A stretch of 64,000 bases of DNA from Octopus vulgaris (Eukaryota): the NCBI GenBank assembly GCA_951406725.2, contig OX597818.1, positions 111,228,001-111,292,000 on the forward strand. Direction: 5' to 3'. Both the position numbers and the translations under genes were made by a program. Below the pieces are notes generated by a model that was given only the letters and a program-made list of their open reading frames with translations, was not told the origin of the DNA and ran no database searches. The first letter of the stretch is position 1. Each line of letters opens with the position of its first letter. This document shows, piece by piece, positions 37,600 to 51,282 of this stretch.

Positions 37600-39971
37600 G
37601 TTTAATGGCGAATAGCGGAAATCATACAAAACAGAAATATACACGCAAAAAGAAAATTTGACCGTTCACTTTTTCACTGCTTTCAATTAAAAAGTGAAGA
37701 CATATGACACAAGAATATAAGTGTTTAAATATATCTCGACAGCTGTTTCGAAACGGCCGAAACTTACGAAATAACCCATATGCACGATGTACATTATGTG
37801 ATAGATGTGTGTCTTATGAGAAGCCCCACTGAGCTAGCTAAATTAAGTTAGGCGTCCATTCTCAAAGTGTTAAATGCATCATTTTAAGTAATACAAATAT
37901 AAAACTTTACAGAGAGAAGAATGTAACGGGGAAGGGGTTGAGAGAGGTTGAGGGACATAGTTAAATAAAGGAAGTAGTTAGGGGAGACACAAGCTGAAGA
38001 TATTACTTGACAAAGATCAGACTTAAAGAAGATAATGTTAAAAGTTGACCGAGAAAATATTGCTGTTAGTTTAAAACTGTTGGTTGGGTAGACACGGTAG
38101 TAGTTTACGGGGAACATAAAGCAGTTAAGAGCAAGGGAGGCGAAGCATCGAGCAGCGTTGGAAATAAACGCTGTAGTATGAGAGTGAGGTGGGGAGTAGT
38201 AAAAGGAGAGGATACAGTGTGTGAAAGTGAATTCTAAGACTATGAAAAACTATAACGATTTTACATAGTGAGCAAAGGTCCTGTAAAATTTATAGATACA
38301 AGAAAAGAGAACGTCAGAAAATCGATTAAGTAAAGAGGTTTTGTTTTGGTGTAGCATAGAGGGCGACACTGGCAGCATTATTTACAGACGCGATGGCTTA
38401 AATGGCCGAAACTTCGAAGTCATTGTCAATAATATTTTTGTTTAAGAATTATATATATATCAAGAACAAGCCACAAGCACACGAGGCCGGATTTTCGGAT
38501 TCTGAGGTGTATATATCTTTCTAGTCTTGGTACAAGGCCCGAAATTTTCGGGGAGGGGATCAATCAATTAGATCGACTCCAGTATACAACTGCTTCTTAA
38601 TTTATCGATCCCGAAAGGGTGAAAGGCAAAGTCGACCTCGGCGGAATTTGAACTCAGAACGTAGCGGCAGGCGAAATAGCTATTTCTTTACTACCCACAA
38701 GAGGCTAAACAGAGAGGGGACAAACAAGGACAAACATAGGTATTAAGTCGAATACATCAACCCCATTGTGTAACTGGTACTTAATTTATCGACTCCGAAA
38801 GGATGAAAGACAAAGTCGACCTCAGCAGAATTTGAACTCAGCGGTATTTCGTCTGCCGCTACGTTCTAAGCATTTCGCCCGGCGTGCTAACGTTTCTGAC
38901 AGCTCGCCGCCTTCTGAGGTGTATATATCGTACAAGGAAAAGTTTTACTGTCCTCAACGCTTTATATAGATTATTCCTTCCTTTATTGTCATAGCGTTAC
39001 TTTTTTCTTTGATAAAATCTATGTCTGCCTGTTTAATTAACCTTCTTTTCTTTTAATTTTGTCTGTTTATTAACTTTAAAATGTTAATTTCTTTGAGCGA
39101 GTTTCTCACTGCTCTAGAACGGGAAGTTCTATTGAACTGAATGTAAACACGAAATCGAAAATATATACTATGCCTAAAAATCAGACATTTTCCATCCTCC
39201 TCAGCTTATTCGGTAAGACGTCAAACATTCCAAATTCAAACAAAAGAATTCATCCTGCAAAGTTTGGTTAAAAAAATGTTCTGAAAGAATGATCTAAAAA
39301 GATATGCTGAATATTCATAAAGTTTTGCTGGTTGAAAGCATTTCATTTTTTTCTTTTTTTTTCTTATTATTTCACAAACAGAAACTTTGAAATGTTAGGA
39401 TGTTTGAACCAATATCTAAAGGAGACAGCGATGATCTGTGTTTTAAGAAGCTTCTTATTTTCCATTTCATGTTTATAATCATTGCAGCATACATGACCAG
39501 TTCTATGACCTCGTTCTTTCATTTCTTTCTCACCGTCGCCAGAAAATATATATCCAAACACACTTACAAATATATACTCACAAAAATATATTCTTATAGA
39601 CAAACACAAACACACAAACATATAGTGGAAGAAAGAGACAGAGAATTAGAGGGAGAAACAAACTCAAATATTTGGGACTAGCTGTGAGAAAAATAAGAAT
39701 GTAAACGTATTCTTTCTTTGCATTTTGATATGTGGGAAAAGGAACGGATTTCTTTAAACAGCTGTCGAGATAAGATTTTACTCTGTAATCTGTATTTTTT
39801 TGTGCATCTCAAGATTAACGGCGATTATTTCCAAGTTGATAGGGATTCGCGCCTACACAGAGGAAGAGGTTAGTGTTTAAGCACCCACCTATGTCAGCGA
39901 TATTGTGTTATCTATACAAATCTGATTTTGATCTCACCTACTCACAGAATACACACACACACATATATATA

Positions 39972-40276
39972 TCACGTGATCACGTGACCGACCAGACCAT
40001 CAGATGTTGCTACACATCGCTGGTCACAATGCGTTCGCATTGTTTTAACCTTCGAATGACGCCACCCCGCTCGCTAAGCGAGCAGGCCAACAGAAGAAAG
40101 AGTGAGAGAAAGAGTGGTGAAAGAGTACAGCAGGGATCACCCCCCCCCCGCCGGAGCCTCGTGGAGCTTTAAGGTGTTTTCGCTCAATAAACACACACAA
40201 CGCCCGGTCTGGGAATCGAAACCGCGATCCTTCGACCGTGAGTTCGCTGCCCTAACCACTAGGCTATTGCGCCTCC
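39972..40276 (-). mobile_element. Third tRNA-derived SINE family
   Basis: Minus strand begins ggaggcgcaatagcctagtggttagggcagcg...ggtttcgattcccagaccggg (A and B boxes). A truncated + copy at 45348-45478 shares the non-tRNA body. Confidence 0.8.
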
Positions 40277-40311
<35 letters not shown>

Positions 40312-40358
40312 TATATACACACACACATACACACATATATATATATATATATACACAC

Positions 40359-40391
<33 letters not shown>

Positions 40392-40393
<2 letters not shown>

Positions 40394-41986
40394 GTTGCGG
40401 CCAAAATGTTCAGAACGGCATTATTAAAGTTGTTTTATATTCTATAATTTTCACAGACAATAAATACGATATTAATTGTTATTGTCTGAGATTTTGGTGT
40501 AATTTGCGAGGATAATACAAAAGTTATGGATGATTTAGAGATTTACTGCAAAACCCATCCCGGCCAAAATGATCAGAACGGTGAAAAAATAACAAAATAA
40601 TCAAAAATGACAGAGAATACTGGAATTATTTAATATTTAGTGTGAAGCCCTTTAGCTTCAATCAAACTTTGACATCTTCGACTGCATGAGGAAATTAAAT
40701 TTTCAATTTCTTGCTGGGTGATCTTATTCCATTCTTCCTGAAGGACATTCCATAATTGCTCGGTTGTTTTAGGATTTCTGGCTTTCGAACGTTCTCCTAG
40801 AATATCCCACACATTTTCAATAGGATTGAGATCTGGGCTTTGAGCAGGCCAATCCATAAAAATAACCTTTTCAGCCTTGAGGAAGTTCATGACCACTTTA
40901 GCCTTGTGACATGGGGCATTGTCCTGCATGAATATGGGTGATCACTTAGTTGAATTTCTCAGCACAGGCAAGGCATGATCTTTTACAAGTTGTTTATAAA
41001 CTCCTGCATTTACCTTTCCATGTAATCGCACCAAAGGGCCCACACCATCCCCGGATATCATCCTCCAAACCATGACACTTCCTCCACCGAATTTAACACT
41101 AGTCTTAAAGCATTCAAGCGACAATTTCTCACCTACTTTTCGACGAACGTACCTTTTCCCATCTGAGCCAAATAACAAACTTAGATTCATCACTGAAATG
41201 CACCGTTTGCCATTTTTCTTGAGACCACAACACATGTTCGGTTGCAAAGATAAGACGACACTTTTTATTCTTGGAGCTTATCAGTGGCTTCACTGCAGAT
41301 GCTCTTGCTTGTAGGTCATGTTCAACTAAACGACGAGACACAGTTTTTCGAGAAAAAGTTTTCTTCAGTACAATGCTCATTTTCCGAAAAACAGCAGCAG
41401 CAGTTTTAAATCTGTCCATTTTAACCAACTTTACCATAGCACGATCTTCTCTCTTGGTCGTTTTTCTTGGCCTACCTGTAGACTTTCTTGCTTCACACGA
41501 ACCACAATCATCGTAGACCTTAAGAATACCGTGAACAACACTTTTTGACTTGCTAACAATCTTTGCAATAGACCCAATACTTAAATTATCCTTTTTTCGA
41601 AGCTTAATAATCTGCTGACGAATTGGTAACGGAGTAAGTGGCATTATATTAACAAAGTACACTGCAGATATTCTTACTAATGTTTAGTAAACGAACCGTC
41701 ACGTAAACAAATTCAAAACATTAGGGTTCGCCGGTTAAATATACTAAAACACGGAGTAAAAGCAATCGTTCTGATAATTTTGGCCGCCATGGATTTTGCA
41801 GTAAATCACTAAATCATCCATAACTTTTGTATTATCCTCTCAAATTATACCAAAATCTCAGACAATAACAATTAATATTGTATTTATTGTCTGTGAAAAT
41901 TATAGAATTTAAAACAACTTTGATAAAAAATTATACCTACTTTTTTGACGAAAACAATGCCGTTCTGAACATTTTGGCCGCAACTG
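40392..41986 (-). mobile_element. Full-length Tc1-family (DD34E) DNA transposon with long IR/DR-type terminal repeats, lightly mutated
   Basis: Ends CAGTTGCGGCCAAAATGTTCAGAACGG...CCGTTCTGAACATTTTGGCCGCAACTG|TA, with about 200-bp inverted arms containing an inner copy of the terminal motif. Transposase at 41644-40630 has GRPRK, FSDESKF, GGGSVMVW, QDNAPCH and SPDLNPIE (34 residues between D and E). One frameshift near 41180 and one in-frame stop at 40942-40944. Confidence 0.95.
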
Positions 41987-42049
41987 TATATATATATGTA
42001 GAAGGTTTAAAATGAACACTAGTTGATATATATATATATATATATATAT

Positions 42050-42880
42050 CCTACAAGGTACTATGTTGGGCCCACCCCTCTTCATTATTTACATCAACGA
42101 CATAGTAGATATCATCAAACATTCTACATTGAAAATCTTTGCAGATGATTCCAAACTCCAGAAAGCCATAAACAGCATGAGAGACCAAACATGCCTTCAG
42201 TCAGATCTGTTTGTTATTCTTGAATGGGTGGAAAAAAAAAAACAATATGCTTTTAAATGAAGAAAAGTTTGATTTGATCCACTTTAGGAAAGAGGAAACT
42301 CTGAAATTACCTTATGCTCTTCCCTCGGACAACTCCTTAGTGTCATGCAACAACACCAGAGATCTTGGAGTAATTGTTGATAACAACTAAGCTGGAGTTC
42401 CCACGTAAACAGCAAGGTTGACTTGGCCCGCAAGATGTGCTCCTGGATTCTGAAAACTTTCCTGTCCAGAGATGCCTACACCATCATCCTTCTCTACTCT
42501 AGTTTTACCCGACCCTACCTTGAGTACTGTTGTCCACTGCAGTTCCCCCCCTCCATACGAAGCAACTTATAATGAAAGTAGAAGCACTCTAGCGGTCCAT
42601 TACGTGAAAGATAGATGGCATGATAGGCATTGTTTACTGGGGCCGACTGAAAAAACTCAATCTCTACTCTCTACAACGCCGCTGGGTGCGCTACATCATT
42701 TGTGTTATGTGGAAAACATTCCATCAATATTGCACAAATGATGTTGGCATCAATTTTAAAATCCATCCAAGACATTGTCCCCGTGCTATCCGCCCACTAC
42801 AAAGATCGAACACACGGTACACATAGCAACTTTACCTCACAATTACTTTACCTCAACCGGTCCAGCTCTCTTTAATACGA
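42050..42880 (+). pseudogene. Decayed CR1/L2-group LINE RT fragment
   Basis: QGTMLGPPLFIIYINDI...IFADDSKL...LQSDL, then RDLGVIVD, RPYLEYCCP and LKKLNLYSLQRR across frameshifts. Confidence 0.85.
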
Positions 42881-42926
42881 TATGTATACATACATATATA
42901 AATATACATATAAAAACACACACACT

Positions 42927-42966
<40 letters not shown>

Positions 42967-43113
42967 TATACATATATATAAATATATATGAATATAAGTA
43001 TAAATATGTATATATCTATATATATAAAAATATATATAAATATATATATGTATATACATATATAAATATATGTGTATATATATATATATATATATACACA
43101 TTTAAAAATATGT

Positions 43114-43160
<47 letters not shown>

Positions 43161-46132
43161 GATAGATATATATATATATGTATAATACACCCAGGCATAT
43201 AGGAAATACATCACTAATATATAAAACTAGCGGCACTTTAGATGTCCATGAAGTGTAAATGTTTTCATTGAACTGGGAATTTCTCGCAAGTAATTACGAC
43301 TGAATAAACAAAGTCATTTTCTTTATGTTTGCTCTACAAGGGAAGAAATCGATCGAACGCGTGTATTGTTTTGCGCATGCAATCAATCGGGTATTTGCTA
43401 ATCTCGCGCTGCTGCTGATGAATATGCTAAGTTCTAAGACGGACAAAAATCATTAATGTTTCGTTGGTAACGTGAGTTACAGTTGCCAAGTAATATCTTA
43501 GTTTGTAACTAAGGCACGCGTCTACTATTGTCGCAGTCCTCATGACAAGAATCTTCATTATCAAAATTATAATTACTATTATTATAAAGGCCACGATCTG
43601 GCAGAACTTCTAGCACACCTGACCAAAATTCTTAGCGACCTTTCGTCCGTTTTTACCTTCTGAAACTCTCCCACAAAATTCCAGGCCTTGTGTCAAATTA
43701 TTAAGTCGTTAGCACACCGGGTGAAATGCTTAGCGGTATTTCGTCTGCCGTTACGTTCCGAGTTCCCCTCTATGTTTAGTCCCTTGTGGGCAATAAAGAA
43801 ATAGGCATTTCGTCTGCCGTTACGTTCTGAGTTCAAATTCCGCCGAGGTCGACTTTGCCTTTCATCCTTTCGGGGTCGATAAATTAAGTACCAGTTACGC
43901 ACTGGGGTCTATGTAATCGACTTAATCCATTTGTCTGTACTTGTTTGTCCCCTCTATGTTTAGTTCCTTGTGGGCAATAAAGAAATAGGTATTTCGTCTG
44001 CCGTTACGTTCCGAGTTCAAATTCTGCCGAAGTCGACTTTGCTTTTCATCCTATCGGAGTCGATAGATTAAGTACTAGTTGAGTACTAGGGTCGATGTAA
44101 TCAACTAGTCCCCTCCCCACAAATTTCAGGCCTTGTGCCTATTGTAGAAATGATTATTATCATTATTAAGGCGGCGAGTTGGCACGCCGAGCAAAATGCT
44201 TGACGGTATTTCACTCGTCTTTACATTCTGAGTTCAAATTCCGTCAAGGTCGACTTTGCTTTTCATCCTTTCGGGGTCGATAAACTAAGTATCAGTGAAA
44301 CACTGGGGTCGATATAATCGACAGGTCCCCTTCCCCCAAATTTTAGGCCTTGTACCTATAATAGAAAGGATTATTATTATTATTATTATTATTATTATAA
44401 TCATCTCAATTTTTCCCCATGTACAGTTTCGCACCGTTACATTTGTTAATTTTCACTTGTTTGCATAACATTCATTGTTAATTTTTTTTTGTTTCAAACT
44501 ATAAATGAGGCACCATACATTGCCCACCAAAAAAGGCGACCCCATAATATTGGGGCCTAGGGTCCAAGTATTACAATTCCATTTTCAAATTACGCCTATA
44601 GAAGTTCTAATAAAATATGGAGGCGAATCCTCCCTCCCTTTCAGAGAACACAGGAGTGAAAAACAAAAATCCAAACGAAAAAACATGCAAATTTCTGTCG
44701 ATAACAGCAAAGAATCAAAGGTGAATGACGCCAACGCCACCACCAAACATCACCAGTGTAACCACTATCACGACTATAGACTAAAAACGATTTATTTCTT
44801 TATTGCCCACAAGGGGCTAAACATAGAGGGGACAAACAGGGACAGACAAAGGGATTAAGTCGATTACATCGACTCCAGTGCGTAACTGGTACTTAATTTA
44901 TCGACTCCGAAAGGATGAAAGGCAAAGTCGACCTCGGCGGGATTTGAACTCAGAACGTAACGGCAGACGAAATACCCGAAAGCATTTTGCCCGGCGCGCT
45001 AACGCTTCTGCCAGCTCGCCGCCTTAGACTATACAAAAACGATGGTCGTCTGCAACAATAATCCAACGGCCGGCAGCAAATCAGCAAGGGAAAAGTATGA
45101 GACAGTTTTCCCGCCTCTGAAAGTTTCAACACCTCCATCACAAGTGCAGCAGGGTTAAATAATGAGAACAACAAGCAATGATAATACTAAGAAGAACACT
45201 GTCTCCTCCGCTGCCGGCACCAACATGGCTAACACTGCAACAACAAATGTAATAAAAGGAAAACAACGAAAGTAGCAGTGGCACGGACAACACAAATGGC
45301 AACAACAACAACAACGATAAGAGTAACAACGACAGCAGCAACTGAGTGGAGGCACAATGGCCCGGTGGTTAGGGCAGCGGACTCGCGGTCGTAAGAACAC
45401 GGTTTCGATTCCCAGACCGGGCATTGTGAGTGTTTATTGAGCAAAAACACCTGGGCTCCACGAGGCTCCGGCGGGGGGTTGTGAAGAAGAAGAAGAAGAA
45501 GAAGAGCAGCAACTGACACAACCATTTTCGGTTTGAGAGGGAAATTCATTGGTATTTTTATGGACAGTGTTTCTGTCGGAGGTGGTATAAGAGAAGAATT
45601 TCGCTTAAACAACCATAATGAACGCATCACTCAAAACTGCAATCGTTTGCTGAGTGCGATGACGGAAACTTGTGTGTAGAGATCAGTTTCGTCTTTTGCA
45701 GACGTATCTAACAACATACGAATTTTGGACATGGAACATGTTGACATAAGCAATAGAATATGACAAACTGATGCGATAAGAACAAGTGTTTTTCTAACGG
45801 AAGCTGTCACATAGATTCACTAATGAAGGAAGGATGCCGTGGGGTAACCTAGCTCATAGGCACACCCCTCTTTATGGATGGGTTGCCCTATCTGGTTTTC
45901 ATGTCTATAAATTATATCTTTTAATTATTGTACATTTTATACAATTTATATTCTACGCCCTATAAACTTTTATTAACATATCTGAATGAAATGCAGTAAC
46001 GCTGACATTTCACCGCTACCATAGAAACCAACATTTTTGTTTCTTTAAGTATAAATTTGAAAACTAAATCAACGGAGTGGAGTTCCAGCAAATGAAATAT
46101 CCAAGCATTTAAATACACAAGATTATATTGAC

Positions 46133-46495
46133 TTGGTGCATAATTATTGCGGCTTTTTTTTTCAACAAATTTTATTCAACAAAAACATGTGACAAAAACG
46201 TCTTTTATTCAACAGAAACAGTAATATTTAACAAAAACATCTTTAAATGACCGTCTGATCGTCTGCCAAGCAAATGCGACGCAATAATTGAAGGTGAATA
46301 TGCTCCTGAATAATCATTTAAATACGTCTTTGTCACATTAAATGATTATTCAGGAGCATATTCACCTTCAATTATTGCGTCGCATTTGCTTGGCAGACGA
46401 TCAGACGGTCATTTAAAGATGTTTTTGTTATATATTACTGTTTCTGTTGAATAAAATTTGTTGAAAAATAAAAAGCCGCAATAATTATGCACCAA
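46133..46495. mobile_element. Almost fully palindromic mariner-derived MITE
   Basis: Ends TTGGTGCATAATTATTGCGGCTTTT / AAAAGCCGCAATAATTATGCACCAA resemble the recalled Hsmar1/MADE1-type TIR. Arms are complementary nearly to the centre (about 46330). Confidence 0.85.
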
Positions 46496-47574
46496 TGATA
46501 TTCTCGCAGCTAAAAAGTGTTAGCAAATCGGTACTCAGGAATGGAGACCTGGATGCAACCCAGCCCTCCTAAAGTATAAGGAGTTAAGGGCCAAAACATT
46601 TGCTGTTCAGTTCTCTTGAGAGTTTCTTACCATTTGTTTCAGCTTCTTATTCCTTAGAAACCAACAATCTTCCTTCTCAGTTTTGAGTTCTATTCTGAAA
46701 TTTATCGTTCTCTACCACTTCGTTGTTCAGTAGTTGCAGGGGCTTTTTCTTTTCATCATCATTTTAAAATGACATTCTGCAGAACCATTTCAGCGTAGCT
46801 TTTAATGTTTTTAGAACATCTGTCATTATTTCTCCCACATTTCACCTCAGCCTCTTTTTACTTTTACTGGTTTCCCTGAAGATAATAGGGTTTTATGTTC
46901 GGGTTTTGTTGCTATCAATAAGAGTTTACCATTATTCTCTATTAAATATTTTCGTAGTCCAACAATAATTATTTTATATTAATTTTCTTATTAATAACCC
47001 CGTTTTCGTGGGTAAATATAATCTTCCAATGTCGTATATTGATTGGCGTGTTTTAGCACTTATTTGTTTTTGTTTTCCTGTCTAGTCTAGCTAATTAACG
47101 TAGTGGTTGATAATATAACTTATTACTGTGATGGTCCGAGATTTGATGTCTTATTTTTTCCTTTTCATTTCGCTCTGTTTTAAGAATTAATCTAATGCGT
47201 CTACAATATCCTTTCCCAATCTTCCTTGTATTCAAGTCTATTGTCTAGTTTATTAATACCTGAGTATTTGTTTGTCTGTGTTTGTTCTAATTCTCTTATC
47301 TTATTTCTATTTCTTGATCTAACATGACATTCGTGTTTCTAATTAATTTTCCTTTCTCCTTGATTGACTTGGCGCAGTTTTCTAACCTAGATTTCGTTCT
47401 AGAAATAAAATCTATGTATTGTTCATGGCTGTATTTACTGTTGTTTACCATCTGCGGCATAAATTTTGAGGTCATACTCGTACAAAAGGAGGTTGATTGT
47501 CTTCCCACCATAATTGTATCCGAATCCAGACTTCTTTAAAATATTGGGTAAAGGTGTTAGAATCAAGCAGGAGA

Positions 47575-47623
<49 letters not shown>

Positions 47624-47957
47624 AAAAGAAAGGAGACGTCTCTGAATACTTCTTTTGTAATATAGATGTTTTTATAATCCCCATTATTGTTCGTATGTGC
47701 CGTATTATTTGCCTGTTTGCTACTGGTTTGTTCAACGTACCTGTTTATTATTGGTGCGACCTTACTTATGGATAATGTCCCCAAGACCCGTGGATAAAGA
47801 ATTCTGTTATAAGCCTTAATAGTTAATCCTGTCTTTAAGCTGTTTTTAAAATTAGTATTTGGGCTTTAAAACGTGCGCATTTTTCGCATCACTTTTGTTC
47901 TGAAAGTGAACTGTTTTCCTAGAAGTTATTTAATCTATGCAATAATATCGTAGTTAA

Positions 47958-48355
47958 GGCGGCGAGCTGGCAGAAACGTTAGCACGCCGGGCGAAATGCT
48001 TAGCGGTATTTCGCCTGCCGCTACGTTCTGAGTTCAAATTCCGCCGAGGTCGACTTTGTCTTTCATCCTTTCGGGGTCGATTATATAAGAACCAGTTACA
48101 CACTGGAGTCGATATAATCGACTTAATCCGTTTGTCTGTCCTTGTTTGTCCTCTCTGTGTTTAGCCCCTTGTGGGTAGTAAAGAAATAGGTATTTCGTCT
48201 GGCGCTACGTTCTGAGTTCAAATTCCGCCGAGGTCGACTTTGCCTTTCACTCTTTCGGGGTCGATAAATTCAGTACCAGCTGCGTACTGGAGTCGATCTA
48301 ATCGACTGGCCCACTCCCCCAATATTTCGGGCCTTGTGCCTAGAGTACAAAAGAA
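47958..48355 (+). mobile_element. Second SINE family (head ggcggcgagctggcagaaacgttagc) with an internally duplicated 184-bp module
   Basis: B-box-like gagttcaaattcc and central gactttgcctttcatcctttcggggtcgataaa. Other copies at 1603-2030, 22680-23320, 38520-38912, 43590-44370, 44790-45025 and 55849-56428, often next to (ATT)n. Confidence 0.85.
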
Positions 48356-49374
48356 TATATTCATTAGACTTGCTTAGAAGCAACGTTTCACCAAATTCAT
48401 GTATTTCACACAGAGAATTCTTTAAATGTTTACGCCGGTCTTTCAGTTAGAATCGTTGCTATTTCATCGATGCCAAAGGATATATTTCGGAGTAACAAAG
48501 AAGCATTCTCTTTATTAAAACCTCCCCGGCGTTACTACTCCATCTTTTTAGGATCTGCTCACAACCTGTAAATTATGTTAAGCCATTGTTAATTTTGTCT
48601 TATTACGATTCTGTTATCAACGATATTTCCTTATACAAGATTTTTTGAGAAGTTGATCAGGAGTAGAGGGAAATGATTTCTTACTTTACAGCGACTGAAT
48701 TTAATTAAACGTTTAGGAAATTGTAGCAAAAAAGTTTCTCTGAAAAACAAACCGCGAAACATGATGTCGAAAATAACAGACAACGAGTAGAATGTGTGGG
48801 CGGAGGTATATGATGAGAGGAGGAGGAGTGAAGACCCCTCTGTTCGTTAAGGTTAACAGCATCAACACTACCACAATCGTCATCACCAAGGGGCCCACAA
48901 GCCGAAGAAGCAGTGCCATATTTGATACAGAAACAAAGAAATCCTTCCAGCCACCAGCATCGAAAACTGGAATCATTTTCTACGTTAGCAGACAAACAGT
49001 TGACTGAATCTAACTTCACCCTCCACCGCCAATAACATAGGGGCTTTACGCGGTTGTTCATCGAGTCAGAAATAGCAGCCAAATAGCCCCCAACTTATAT
49101 CGCATCCTAAGAATAGAAAGACACGCTAGACGTTTTTTTGTTTATGCAAAGGAGATAGAATGGTCACGGATGGAACCCCATTCGTTACAGGTCTACTGAT
49201 TCAGAGTGCATCTAAGATTACAACAATACCATTATTACAACTACCTCACCAGGCATCACCGCATCACCAAAACATGTACAAATCCACCTCCTCCATCTAA
49301 TAACAATGCTTTACCAAAAGAAATAATTACATACAGAGATCATTTGGCAAAATCACTTAAAGTCCAATGCCAAA

Positions 49375-49745
49375 TCTCTCTATATATAAAGCTGAAGTTG
49401 TCTGTGTATGGCAGGTTTGGTAGCCTTCAACTAACACTATCTCCTCCGAGACCCTGCGGTGCAAGTTGACCAAAATTGAGAGTATGATAGAAGAAGGCTT
49501 GCTCTTCAAATCGAACCATGTTAACACCAAAAATTATTTACATCAAAAAGGTGCTTTTTTTCTATGAAAATCCCTATTTTTTATGATTTTTTGACTGCTG
49601 TGTCGCCATTTTTTGGTGTATTTCAATCAGAAAAATGTTCACTTAAAGAGAATAACAAGCTACATAATGCAAAATTTTTACTTTTCAAAAATTCCAATTC
49701 TAAAGGGTTGAAACAAACCCGAGCAACGCCGGGCGATACTGCTAG
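49375..49745 (+). mobile_element. Non-autonomous Helitron, family 1
   Basis: Homologous to 4297-4681; A|TC...cccgagcaacgccggg...CTAG|T. Confidence 0.85.
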
Positions 49746-50421
49746 TTCCTCGATAAATGTGAAAATTTAATGATGGTTCGTGCATAATTTCTCTCCCAAA
49801 AGAGGAACTAAATCACATAATCTGATCTGAATTGACCACAGCCTCAAAAAAGCCAAGCTTATTAACTAAGTCATGTACGATGCATCTCAAAAGATACAGT
49901 TTATTCTGGATATCGATGGCAGGAATCATAGGTTTGTAGTATAGGATCTAAGCAGGAATTAAAATTACCCATACTCAAACTACTGGCTGGAGAAGGCAAT
50001 TTTAATTAAACTGCTACTGAAGAACCACATACATCTGCCTGAAATCGGATAGCAAGCGCCCATTGTCAATCAAAAATTGAAATGCAGTAGTGTAGCCACA
50101 TCACGTTTTGCCAACAAGTAAACGGGTTTTGCTAACAGGCAAAGACATTCTCATCACAAGGAAGTCGACTGCTCTGCCTTTATTAATAGAATCTCCGAAT
50201 TAGCTAATTCTCCTAACCCACAAGACTGACTTCTCTGCTGTTTCTTTACTAAGAATAGATCATTAATTCTGCTTCGATTGTTTACTTGACTTACTGTCGT
50301 GAATATATGTATATATATGTAGTAAATCCCAAAAAACGAAGAGCAAACACAAGAAAACAACAATGCGAGGACGTGCTACATGTAAAGTATTAGCAGACGC
50401 TCAAGGAAAGAAAAAAAGATG

Positions 50422-50456
50422 GTTTAACGTTTCGAGCAACGCTCGTCTTCAGAAAC
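50422..50456 (-). ncRNA. Minimal hammerhead motif (PLE pLTR-like)
   Basis: Minus strand GTTT-CTGAAGA-CGAGCGTTGCTC-GAAACGTT-AAAC. Same family at 26763-26797(+); a degenerate relative at about 55185-55225(+). Confidence 0.7.
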
Positions 50457-50889
50457 TGAAGAAAGTCCAATAGAAAAGGAAATCGCCAACGATTCACATG
50501 TGGGTTACATTTTGAATCACGCTGCTTCAAGAAGGCCACTGCTGGTTGTCATTGTGCACGCAATCGTGTGCTGCCATCTGTTGGTGCGCTACAGAACTAC
50601 TCCGGGAACCTTTGGATACCACTTCATGTATGTATGCATACGATACACTATCTGAGTCCTTATATTTTTGAACAGGGAACCCAGCATCCCCACCTAGCAT
50701 AAAACAACATCTGTGGATTAGTTTCAGAGTTATTGCTCTTTATCAACACAAAGCTTAGCCAGTTAGAAACGATGTTTCTTGGGGCTAATGAACAATAACA
50801 ACATCCCTTCCAGGACATCCATTTTATGTTGACAATTAGCTTTTACTTTAAAGAACTGTTACTGAATGTCTTTTTGAGAGAATTAGATA

Positions 50890-51282
50890 TCTCTCTATAT
50901 ATAAAACTGAAGTTGTCTGTGTGTGGCAGGTTTGGTAGCCTTCAACTAACACTATCTCCTCCAAGACCCTGCGGCGCAAGTTGATCAAAACTGAGAGTAT
51001 GATAGAAGGCTTGCTCTTCCTTCCGTAGAAGAAAAAATTCAAATCGGACCATGTTAACACCAAAAATTATTTACATCAAAAAGGTGTTTTTTTTTTCTAT
51101 GAAAATCCCTATTTTGTAACGATTTTATTGACTGCTGTGTCGCCATTTCTCGGTGTATTTCAACCAGAAAAACGTTCACTTAAAGAGAATAACAAGCTAC
51201 ATAATGTAAAAGTTTTACTTTTCAAAAATTCCAATTCTAAAGGGTCGAAAGAAACCCGAGCAACGCCGGGCGATACTGCAAG
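50890..51282 (+). mobile_element. Non-autonomous Helitron, family 1
   Basis: Homologous to 4297-4681; 3' end mutated to CAAG. Confidence 0.85.

Noticed and set aside
45348-45421. tRNA-like cloverleaf with A and B boxes
   Set aside because: It continues into a body shared with 39972-40276, and the acceptor stem does not pair. It is a SINE head, not a tRNA gene.
44505-45700. A/C-rich stretch with short open frames between SINEs
   Set aside because: No recognisable motif, no clean splice sites, and frames are broken. It may be a decayed element but cannot be supported.
46540-47900. Possible decayed retroelement coding sequence on the minus strand (GGLG-like tetrapeptide near 46560)
   Set aside because: One short motif amid many stops; needs blastx before any call.
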